Positions 54,452 through 64,000 of a DNA stretch of 64,000 bases are shown in pieces. The position numbers and the translations under genes were made by a program. The DNA comes from an uncultured Acidobacteriota bacterium (lineage in GTDB: Bacteria > Acidobacteriota > Blastocatellia > RBC074). The DNA is taken from the NCBI GenBank assembly GCA_963796275.1, contig CAWCKY010000002.1, positions 224,001 through 288,000 on the forward strand, read 5' to 3'. Below the pieces are notes generated by a model. It was not told the DNA's origin. It saw nothing but the letters and a program-made list of their open reading frames with translations, and made no database searches. The number at the start of each line of letters is the position of its first letter. Position 1 is the first letter of the stretch.

Positions 54452-54646
54452 AACACAGAAAGAAGAGCCCGACGGCTAAATCACCCTTAGTCAAAAGGGA
54501 GGAGTCGTTCACGTAAGTCAGGGACGACATTTTAAAACAATTATCAACTGCTGAGAGCGAGAGAGGTCACAGTAGTTGAACGCAACGACGCTTGGAAATG
54601 CAGCTCCACGCAGATTGCAGCATTTTATCAATGGGAGAGGCAAGTT

Positions 54647-56554
54647 ATGGCAAAAGCAGTAGGCATAGATCTCGGCACTACCAATTCGGTAGTCGCAGTC
54701 ATGGAAGGCGGCAAACCCGCTGTAATCGTCAACAGCGAAGGCAGCCGCATCACGCCATCCGTCGTGGCTTATACTAAGACCGGAGAGCGGCTTGTCGGCC
54801 AACTGGCCAAACGACAGTCGGTCCTCAATCCTGAAAATACTATCTACTCGGCCAAACGCTTCATTGGCCGCCGTTACGCAGAGGTGCAGTCGGAGATCAA
54901 GAACGTTCCCTATAAAGTAGTGTCTGGTCCGAACGATGCCGTCCGGTTCGATATCCAGGGAAAACAGGTCTCACCGGAGGAAGTATCCGCCCAGATATTG
55001 CGGAAGCTAGCTGATGACGCGGCCAAGTATCTCGGTGAGAAAGTGACGGACGTAGTGATCACAACACCGGCTTATTTCAACGACGCGCAGCGTCAGGCGA
55101 CCAAAGACGCGGGTCAGATCGCCGGTCTCAATGTGCTGCGCATAATCAACGAACCGACGGCCGCTGCGCTGGCTTACGGCCTTGATAAGAAGACGAATGA
55201 AACGGTCTTGGTCTTCGATCTAGGCGGCGGCACTTTCGACGTCTCAATCCTGGAAGTCGGTGACGGTGTCTTCGAGGTCAAATCAACCTCGGGCGATACT
55301 CATCTGGGTGGCGACGATTTCGACAAGCGGATCGTCGATTGGCTGGCCGAAGAGTTTTTGCGCGACCAGGGCATCGATTTGAGAAAGGACCGCCAGGCAC
55401 TGCAGCGGCTGACCGAAGCGGCTGAGAAGGCCAAGATCGAGTTGTCGAGTGTGGTCGAGACCAACATCAGCCTGCCCTTCATCACGGCTGACGCGAGTGG
55501 GCCGAAGCATCTCGAGTATAAACTCACGCGGGCGAAGTTCGATCAACTGACGGCTGATTTGGTCGAGCGTTGTATCGGGCCGGTCAAGCAGGCGCTCTCG
55601 GATGCAAAGCTCACCGAACGCGATATTGATGAGGTGGTGTTGGTCGGCGGCGCAACCCGCACACCATCGGTGCAAGCTGTCGTGCGTCGGTTGACCGGGG
55701 GCAAAGAGCCGAACCAATCGGTCAACCCTGACGAAGTGGTGGCGATCGGCGCGGCGATCCAAGCCGGCGTACTCGCCGGTGAGGTCAAAGACGTGGTGCT
55801 GCTTGACGTGACGCCCCTCTCATTGGGCGTCGAAACGCTGGGCAGCGTGATGACCAAGCTCATCGAACGTAATACGACCATTCCGGTGCGCAAAACCGAA
55901 GTCTTCTCGACGGCGGAAGACAGTCAAACTGCAGTCGACATTCACGTGCTGCAGGGCGAGCGTGAACTGGCGCGTGACAATCGCACACTCGGCCATTTCC
56001 GGCTCGAAGGCATCCGGCCTGCTCCACGAGGCCTGCCGCAGGTGGAGGTCACCTTTGACATTGATGCGAACGGCATCCTGACAGTCACAGCGCGAGACAA
56101 AGAGACAGGCAAGGAGCAGAAGATCACCATCAGCGGCTCAACACAGCTCTCGAAAGATGAGATCGACCGAATGGTGACAGACGCACAGAGTCACGCTGAC
56201 GAGGATCGGCGGAGGCGAGAAGAAGTTGAAGCGCGCAACCACGCCGATTCGATCGCCTATCAGGTAGAGCGCCAGCTCCAGGAGTTGGGCGACCGAGTAC
56301 CGGCGAATGAAAAGGCGCGGGCCGAGCAATTGATCTCGGAGATTCGCCAGTTGGTCAAGAACAACTCATCAGACATCGCCCGGCTACGCCAGTTGGCGAG
56401 CGACTTACAGCAGTTGGCCCATGGGCTGGCTTCGGCTAGTTATAGTCAGGCCGCGGCCGGCGGGGGCGGCGAAAGACCTCAATCAGGCCCGGGCGGCACG
56501 AGCACGGGAAGCGGCGATGATGTAATAGATGCTGAATTTCGGCAGAGCAAGTAG
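54647..56554 (+). CDS. dnaK: Hsp70 chaperone DnaK (no adjacent grpE/dnaJ)
   Basis: [53 protein letters not shown]. Confidence 0.97.
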   Translation: MAKAVGIDLGTTNSVVAVMEGGKPAVIVNSEGSRITPSVVAYTKTGERLVGQLAKRQSVLNPENTIYSAKRFIGRRYAEVQSEIKNVPYKVVSGPNDAVRFDIQGKQVSPEEVSAQILRKLADDAAKYLGEKVTDVVITTPAYFNDAQRQATKDAGQIAGLNVLRIINEPTAAALAYGLDKKTNETVLVFDLGGGTFDVSILEVGDGVFEVKSTSGDTHLGGDDFDKRIVDWLAEEFLRDQGIDLRKDRQALQRLTEAAEKAKIELSSVVETNISLPFITADASGPKHLEYKLTRAKFDQLTADLVERCIGPVKQALSDAKLTERDIDEVVLVGGATRTPSVQAVVRRLTGGKEPNQSVNPDEVVAIGAAIQAGVLAGEVKDVVLLDVTPLSLGVETLGSVMTKLIERNTTIPVRKTEVFSTAEDSQTAVDIHVLQGERELARDNRTLGHFRLEGIRPAPRGLPQVEVTFDIDANGILTVTARDKETGKEQKITISGSTQLSKDEIDRMVTDAQSHADEDRRRREEVEARNHADSIAYQVERQLQELGDRVPANEKARAEQLISEIRQLVKNNSSDIARLRQLASDLQQLAHGLASASYSQAAAGGGGERPQSGPGGTSTGSGDDVIDAEFRQSK

Positions 56555-56559
56555 TTTGA

Positions 56560-56603
56560 CGATGTCACATTTCAGCGGCATTAGCGGCCGAAATGTGACA
56601 TCG
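56560..56603. terminator. Inverted repeat between convergent dnaK and the bactofilin-like gene
   Basis: CGATGTCACATTTC-N16-GAAATGTGACATCG. Confidence 0.6.
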
Positions 56604-56698
56604 CCGAGGTATAAGTCTTTTGCAATTGGATGAGAAACAAAATTTATCGCTGAACAGATAGATGTCGGCACTGTTTCCAGGCCTCACATCTGATCGCC

Positions 56699-57853
56699 TC
56701 AATGCGCAAGACCCGCTTCTTCAACACGCAACCCGCGCCAGGAGTCTCTCCGCTCCAGGATGAGCGCACCAAAACCGAGGATCAGCACCAACGACTGCAT
56801 AACCCAGCCGATCCAGGGCAGCGAAACGAAGAAGGCAACCACCAGCGCCCCCGCTGCTAACCGGGTATAGGGTGAGGTCGCAGTTTGTTTCAGTCGTCCG
56901 AGTACCCATCCACCGATCAGGTATGAGACAAAAACGCCTGACAGTAACAGTGCTACGCAGTAAAGCGCGAACAGGACTACGGCGAGAGGAATACCGATGA
57001 CTGTGATCGCCAGCAGCACACAGATCAGCGGGATCAGGATCATCCCCAGCAAGCCGGCAAGCAGCACATGTCCTGGTTGCTGCATCATTCTATCGGCGAT
57101 GCGGCGGGGCCACCGCGCGGAAAGCGCGATCGTGGCTGCTCCGAGGATCAGTAACACCAGGAAGATAAAAAGCAATTGCCATAACCAGTTCACTAAGTTC
57201 CACTCCCTAGGACTTCCTTCCTGATTGAATTGAATTCGACCGAGTATCTGCGCCTGCGGCGATATTTCAGGCGGGGTCGGGGCATGAACGACCAGATCGC
57301 CGCGGATTACCGCGCCGGGCAGCACTCTCAAGACGTTGGTGTGAGCTTGCACCGATCCTCCAATTTCTGATGCGAGTCTCGTCTCCGTGGCATTCACCGA
57401 CAGATTGCGCTTCACCGGTCCCAACACTTCAACGGAACTGCCCATCAGATAGGCGTCGCGCCCAACGCTAGCTTGCGGTTGCAGAATGACGGAATTCCCC
57501 GCAAGCCTGGCATTATCGGTTACCGGAGCATTAACGCTGACGTTCGCTCCCGCCGCCCACAGATCATTTCCGACCGTGCCATTGATGTTGACATTTGAAC
57601 CAGCCGCCAGGACATACCCTTGAACAGGACCCGCCATCGTCACGTTCGTTCCAGCGGCAGTCAAGTCTCCCTTTATATCTTTCGCCACATTCACATTACG
57701 TCCTGCGATGACGAGATCACCGTCCATATCGCTTCCAGACTCTACAGTCAGATCGGCGCCGGCGGCCGGCGTCGTCGAGCGAAAGGCGCCCCACCAGAAA
57801 AAGCAGGCCAGCGCTATCGCAGCTATTGCAATCAGAATCCACATTGCTTTCAT
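56699..57853 (-). CDS. Bactofilin-like (polymer-forming) beta-helix protein with C-terminal multi-pass membrane domain
   Basis: Repeats GDLVIAG.NV.V / GDLTAAG / NDLWAAG; C-terminal LAITVIGIPLA and LPWIGW. Confidence 0.8.
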   Translation of the reverse strand: MKAMWILIAIAAIALACFFWWGAFRSTTPAAGADLTVESGSDMDGDLVIAGRNVNVAKDIKGDLTAAGTNVTMAGPVQGYVLAAGSNVNINGTVGNDLWAAGANVSVNAPVTDNARLAGNSVILQPQASVGRDAYLMGSSVEVLGPVKRNLSVNATETRLASEIGGSVQAHTNVLRVLPGAVIRGDLVVHAPTPPEISPQAQILGRIQFNQEGSPREWNLVNWLWQLLFIFLVLLILGAATIALSARWPRRIADRMMQQPGHVLLAGLLGMILIPLICVLLAITVIGIPLAVVLFALYCVALLLSGVFVSYLIGGWVLGRLKQTATSPYTRLAAGALVVAFFVSLPWIGWVMQSLVLILGFGALILERRDSWRGLRVEEAGLAH

Positions 57854-58106
57854 TGTTTTGCCCTCCCCTCAGCACGCCAATCTCAGCCCACGGGCGGCAA
57901 CAGAATGGTGTCGTATATCTAGATCCCCTGCCCCTTGATATCCGTCATCACAGAGCAGTTAAGGAGTCAGTGACGGATTGCAAATCCTTCTTCTACCAAT
58001 CAACCGCAGCCCTTCATGCGGAGGGTTCGTCGTGAACGCTGACGTCTCTCAGTTCAAAACCATCCAGTCATTCTGCGCCCTGCTATTAATCGGCATTAAA
58101 TCGAAC

Positions 58107-59237
58107 CTACGCGGTGGCGCTGCTTACCATCTGCACTTTGTATTTATCAAGCTTCCGATAAAATGTGCGACGGTCAATGCCGAGTATCTTGGCTGCCCGG
58201 GCATGATTGCCGCCCGTCTCTTCCAATATGCGCAGAATGTGACGGCGTTCGACCTCCTTAAGTGTGCGCTCACCACCCACAGGCTCACTCGATCCCAACC
58301 TCCCCATCAAACCGCTGATATGTAACGGCAGGTCGGGAATTCTCAGCGTCGGCTCGACACCTATCGCCAGCGCGTGTTCGACGGCGTTCTCCAGCTCGCG
58401 CACGTTGCCCGCCCAGTCAGAGCCGATCAGCAGTCGCATCGCTTCCTTTGAAAAATGACGCGCCTCTTGATTGTTCGCCTCCGAGTTGTTACTCAAGAAA
58501 TAGTCGATCAAGAGCGGAATGTCTTCGCGCCTCTCGCGCAGTTCTGGGAGGTAGATATTGACGACGTTAAGGCGATAGTAGAGGTCCTCTCGAAATTCGT
58601 TTCTGCGGATCGCTTCGACGATATCCTGATTGGTGGATGCGATCACCCGCACATTGACCTCCATGTTCTCGCGCCCGCCAACCCGGCGAATCACTCTCTC
58701 CTGCAGAGCGCGTAGCAATTTCGCCTGCAAATCAGGCTTGAGCGCCTGCACTTCATCAAAAAACAGTGTGCCGCCATGCGCCGTCTCAAATAAACCTCGC
58801 TTGCTCTCAGAGGCTCCGGTGAACGCGCCCTTCTGATGGCCGAAGAGTTCAGATTCTGCGAGTTGCTCGGGCAGCGCGCCGCAGTTGATATCGACGAACG
58901 GCATAGATGCGCGCGAACTGTTGTGATGAATTGCCCGGGCCACCAGCTCCTTGCCCGTTCCTGTGCGCCCGCTTATGAGTACAGTGGCATTGGTTGGCGC
59001 TACTCGCTCGATTATCTGAAAGACGCGCTGCATAGCTTGCGAGCGTCCTATCATTTGACCGGCGCGTCTGCCGTTGCGCGACTGCTTTTCAGATGATGGA
59101 GATACTTCACGGAATGGGGGAAGCGCATTAGAAGCCCCCTGGTGAACTGGTTTCCAGAGAAAGTGATTAACCACAACAACCCTTTCTTGTGACTCCCCGT
59201 TTTGATGACAACCGAGTTTTTTTGCGCTCGCGGGCAT
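58107..59237 (-). CDS. Sigma54-dependent enhancer-binding protein (AAA+ plus Fis-HTH) without a recognisable input domain; start uncertain
   Basis: GRTGTGKE, ESELFGHQKGAFTGA, FFDEV, FREDLYYRL, WAGNVRELEN, AAKILGIDRRTFYRKL. Confidence 0.92.
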   Translation of the reverse strand: MPASAKKLGCHQNGESQERVVVVNHFLWKPVHQGASNALPPFREVSPSSEKQSRNGRRAGQMIGRSQAMQRVFQIIERVAPTNATVLISGRTGTGKELVARAIHHNSSRASMPFVDINCGALPEQLAESELFGHQKGAFTGASESKRGLFETAHGGTLFFDEVQALKPDLQAKLLRALQERVIRRVGGRENMEVNVRVIASTNQDIVEAIRRNEFREDLYYRLNVVNIYLPELRERREDIPLLIDYFLSNNSEANNQEARHFSKEAMRLLIGSDWAGNVRELENAVEHALAIGVEPTLRIPDLPLHISGLMGRLGSSEPVGGERTLKEVERRHILRILEETGGNHARAAKILGIDRRTFYRKLDKYKVQMVSSATA

Positions 59238-59431
59238 AACTTCAATATCAAAGGCTGAATGGAGTGAGACAGGTTTATAGCTGCACTCTTTGCATACTCT
59301 TTCGAGCGGGGAGAATAATTCACAAAGCAGAGTAGTAGATATACTGCGAAAAAACTATTGGAAGATCAGGTAATAGTATTGGTATATAGAGAAGTCATCT
59401 AAGAAGTTGACGCATTCATATTGGAATTGGT

Positions 59432-60076
59432 TCAGCGCGGGTGGGTGCTCGGGGGGTTGATGCCTAACTTTTCGGCCATACGAATCAGTTCAGCTAACGA
59501 TTTAGCCTGCATTTTTTGCATAACATGGCTACGATGGACATTCACTGTCTTCTCACTGGTGCCAAGTTCTGAGGCGATCTGTTTATTAAGCAGCCCTGCG
59601 ACGACTAAACACATCACCTCGCGCTCGCGGACGGTAAGCGTCTCATGGCGTCTTCTGAACTCAGCTATTTCATCCCGCTGACTTCGCGATGCGCGATCGA
59701 GCTCGATTGCCTGCTCTATCGCGTCAAGCAAGTCCTGGTCTCGAAAAGGCTTGGTGAGAAACCCCACTGCCCCGGCTTTCATCGCCTGCACTGACATCGG
59801 GATGTCCCCGTGCCCTGTTACAAAGATAATGGGGATCTGAATTTGCCTCTCCGATAGTTCGCGCTGGAGATTTAAGCCGCTCAAGCCGGGCAAACGGACA
59901 TCGAGCACCAGGCAACTCGGCACACCCGGCGGCAGATCGCTTTGCAAAAACTCCTGCCCTGAGCTGAAAGTTATACCTTTGATCCCTACTGTTTCGACGA
60001 GTGTTTTGATGGCTTGAAGCATCGATGGATCATCATCGATGATAAAGACAACTTGATCTACTCCCTTTATTTCCAC
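59432..60076 (-). CDS. FixJ/TodT-family response regulator (REC + LuxR HTH)
   Basis: [49 protein letters not shown]. Confidence 0.94.
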   Translation of the reverse strand: MEIKGVDQVVFIIDDDPSMLQAIKTLVETVGIKGITFSSGQEFLQSDLPPGVPSCLVLDVRLPGLSGLNLQRELSERQIQIPIIFVTGHGDIPMSVQAMKAGAVGFLTKPFRDQDLLDAIEQAIELDRASRSQRDEIAEFRRRHETLTVREREVMCLVVAGLLNKQIASELGTSEKTVNVHRSHVMQKMQAKSLAELIRMAEKLGINPPSTHPR

Positions 60077-60583
60077 TATCGTTGCCTGCAGTCAGGGTAA
60101 ATATGCCATATGCAGCATGCCTGGCAATCTATGCGAGCAGAGTCCCGGCAAAATGCGATGAAACGCGCCATGATGCCAAATATATGGAAGAGGTAAGATT
60201 CTGATTGCAACTTCGACAAGAAGTTACGCTGCGTCTGTTGTTGGGCGGGAAGTAAAGATAATAACATCCATCTACTACAGTCATCAAGAAATGAAGACGC
60301 CGCTTAAAAGTTGACCGAACGTGTACCGTATCGGAGGCCTAGTCCTCGGCACCACTATGAAGCGATGTTAAGTCAGAAGCAGATTCATGTTCTTGTACGC
60401 CGGTAATGCGATGAGGCATCCGATGAGTTTCGAGCATATTCTTTGCCCGAACCGCCGTCAGCGAGTCCCCCTGATGAGCAGGTAGTGGTCGACAGCTTAC
60501 CCGGTGCTTACCATCCGGTTGCCGCGGCAATAACTCAGAACACTTGCGGCGGCGGGTCTTTTAATCTCACAGGCGGCAGCGAC

Positions 60584-60841
60584 TCACGCAGCGGCGGGTC
60601 GGGTTTGCTCTTTCCCACGCGCATTATTCGACTTGATCCTAGGGTTAGCTGAAGGCGGAAGCCCCAGTTCGTCGCCGATAAATCCTGTCCCCCGGCAATC
60701 GAGACACCGTTCAACGCGCCCCCCCTTGCACTTCAGACAATCTTCGTCGAGCAGACTGACATTCGGCATGACGCCCGTCCCACCACAAACCTGACAGTTG
60801 ACTGTGCCATTCCCATAGCAGGTAAGACACATCTCTTTCAT
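60584..60841 (-). CDS. Stand-alone DnaJ-type zinc-finger miniprotein (85 aa)
   Basis: GAGGAGGAG RBS before ATG 60841; CLTCYGNG, CQVCGGTG, CLKCKGGR, CLDCRGTG. Confidence 0.78.
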   Translation of the reverse strand: MKEMCLTCYGNGTVNCQVCGGTGVMPNVSLLDEDCLKCKGGRVERCLDCRGTGFIGDELGLPPSANPRIKSNNARGKEQTRPAAA

Positions 60842-61408
60842 ACTTCTCCTCCTCAATAAATCTATTCCACCTCGCGTTCGGGGGCAACCATAAAGTGCGC
60901 GGATAATATCTGTACGATCTGGGCAAAGGGCAAGCACGAGCCCAACGCCAAGCAAAACATTTGGATTAGGTGTGTGGCGAATTTGTGGTACCTGAAGAGC
61001 AAAACTGTCATCCCCTCTCTCAAATAGAGAGGCGTTCAGACAACGAATCCTGCGGAACCGATCGTGAGCACGCGTTGGGTTTCTGACAGCTTGCTTTTTG
61101 TTGTGGAGGATTGAGAGTAACTCGAGAAACTGAATGTAAATGGCGCGCTTCGCGCTGAACATAAGTTGATCAAGGTATGTGGTTTGCACTCCAATCGCCG
61201 GGACCTTATTAGATGGTTGCCTCGATCTTGATCAGGTCGCCAGCGCAGTCTTCAAGTGGCCTGCGAATCGATTTCTCCTTCGGAGAAATCGATAACGCCA
61301 AGCACCTAATACCGGCCGAGATACGGGATATTTGGCCACCAACTGGAACCCGAATAGGTATGTGATGCTTAGGCAAAATCCACAGAGCCACCAGTGAAAA
61401 GAGGTGAA

Positions 61409-62074
61409 ATGAAGCTACCCTTTCGTAATCGCCGCGAAGCGGGGCGGTTGCTTGCTGCGAGGCTCGATGCTTACGCCAATCGCCCGGACGTGCTCGTGCT
61501 GGCTCTACCACGCGGCGGCGTGCCCGTCGCATATGAAGTAGCCCGCGCGCTCAGAGTTCTCCTGGATATCTTTCTCGTGCGCAAGCTGGGCATCCCCGGC
61601 TACGAGGAACTGGCGATGGGTGCCATCGCGACAGGCGGCGTGCGAGTGCTCAACGATCAACTCGTGCGCGCTCTGCACATCTCGGACCAAATGATCGAGG
61701 CGGTCGCCGCAAGGGAGCAAAAAGAGCTGGTGCGGCGGGAACATATCTACCGCGGCGATCGTCCGCCTCGCGAATTGCGTGGTCGAACCGTGATTCTCGT
61801 GGATGATGGCCTGGCGACCGGAGCCACCATATACGCCGCCATAAAAGCGCTGCGAGAGCAACAGGCTGCCCGTATCGTCGTAGCGGTCCCAATCGCATCG
61901 CCCGAGTCATGCGAGGAGATGAGGAAAGAAGTCGACGATATCATCTGTGCCATCACACCAGCTCCATTTCATGCGGTCGGGCTCTGGTATGAGGATTTCT
62001 CACAAACAACGGACGAAGAGGTGCGCGATCTACTCGCGCGTAGCGCGCGGGCAGACAGCAGCTATGAATCCTGA
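61409..62074 (+). CDS. Phosphoribosyltransferase-like protein
   Basis: FRNRREAGRLLA, ALPRGGVPVA, ILVDDGLATGAT, AVGLWYEDFSQ. Confidence 0.92.
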   Translation: MKLPFRNRREAGRLLAARLDAYANRPDVLVLALPRGGVPVAYEVARALRVLLDIFLVRKLGIPGYEELAMGAIATGGVRVLNDQLVRALHISDQMIEAVAAREQKELVRREHIYRGDRPPRELRGRTVILVDDGLATGATIYAAIKALREQQAARIVVAVPIASPESCEEMRKEVDDIICAITPAPFHAVGLWYEDFSQTTDEEVRDLLARSARADSSYES

Positions 62075-62117
62075 AAGCAGAGTGAAATTCGTCTAAATTA
62101 CAAACAGGTTTGGCCTT

Positions 62118-63150
<1,033 letters not shown>

Positions 63151-63796
63151 CTTTCAACATCTCTGTACGACACCGAGGCGCAAAAGATCTCGCAGGTTCT
63201 CCAAAACCCGCATATGCCACCATGGCTTAAAACTATTGGTCGGATACTCGTGACAAAGTTGACAATAACTTGCGATCCACACCAACTACACTCGGGCACT
63301 CGGATCGAATTTACACGCCTTCCGCTTGATCATCTTCAATTGATCATTCGGACTTCTCTTCCTTTCGCGCTTCTTTTCAGTTCGTCGCAGATCAGTCGAG
63401 TTACTTTTTTTATTTCAGATTTTTTCAATTGGGCGCCTCTTCCCCTCTTCCCAAAGGCTTTTTAACTCATCCCATCGCGAGACACTCCTGGAATAATCTG
63501 TGTCAGTGGGCCTACAGACATTTAGTACTAATAATAAGGACTGGCGTAATGATTTTCACCCACTCTTTGGCTCAATTCTCTCTTAGAGTATCACAAGCTT
63601 GGCGACCGTTTCCGCTCGATATTATCGCAGTTGATTGCTAACTTCTGTCATTCTACAAGTTGAATCTACGTCCGAATCTGAGGCAACTTGGCCGAATCGC
63701 GAGCCACAACCTCGCCACACTATTGCTGAGCAACTCCAATATGGGCGGCAGAAAACAACCAAACTGCTCACTTCGAGGGAGACCGGGCACCAGCGA

Positions 63797-64000
63797 ACAA
63801 TTTGCGTGTATGAACCGGAAACAGATCAAAAACAGCGTAGACATTGAAACATCGAATTCATACCATTTTCACGGATGCCACGGATAATCGCGGATTACCG
63901 TGATTGCTTCCGTTTCTATCACTCATTTTTCGGTTAGCCAGACAATCAATTCTTCGCTTCCTGCCCAATCATCTCCCGCACTCACAGCGTGGCATACCGA
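63797..64000 (+). promoter_or_regulatory. Second copy of the enhancer + sigma54-like promoter module; target lies beyond the window
   Basis: 63797-63824 is 26/28 identical to 54350-54377; 63969-64000 is 28/32 identical to 54416-54447. Confidence 0.65.

Noticed and set aside
60842-61189. Upstream 116 aa of the 201-aa ORF 60584..61189
   Set aside because: No domain signal; a strong RBS points to ATG 60841

Overview
Accessory-rich bacterial chromosomal window, probably Acidobacteriota (inferred from two PadR + ADOP permease modules, carboxypeptidase-regulatory-domain proteins and a TIGR03437-like domain). No rRNA, tRNA or CRISPR array was seen. It carries a signal-peptide katG, two IS elements (a decayed IS481-like one and an intact IS630 with a programmed frameshift), an ECF41 sigma/CMD module, fur, a CBM32x2-FN3-GH55-like glucanase, a metal-related region (two-component system, exported metallophosphoesterase and a TolC/MFP/CusA-CzcA-type RND pump; TonB receptor + nikR) and a stress region (zwf, PAS-GAF kinase, stand-alone dnaK, a sigma54 activator with no recognisable input domain, a FixJ-like regulator and a DnaJ zinc-finger miniprotein). 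Many truncated gene remnants are interspersed. The strongest unexplained signal is five promoters of identical architecture (TTTATC-N5-TTTATC-N10-TAnnnT, PhoP-box-like) that define a candidate regulon coupling exported acid phosphatases to metal efflux. A second is a duplicated enhancer + sigma54-like promoter module beside dnaK. All family assignments come from motif recognition by eye; no database searches were run.
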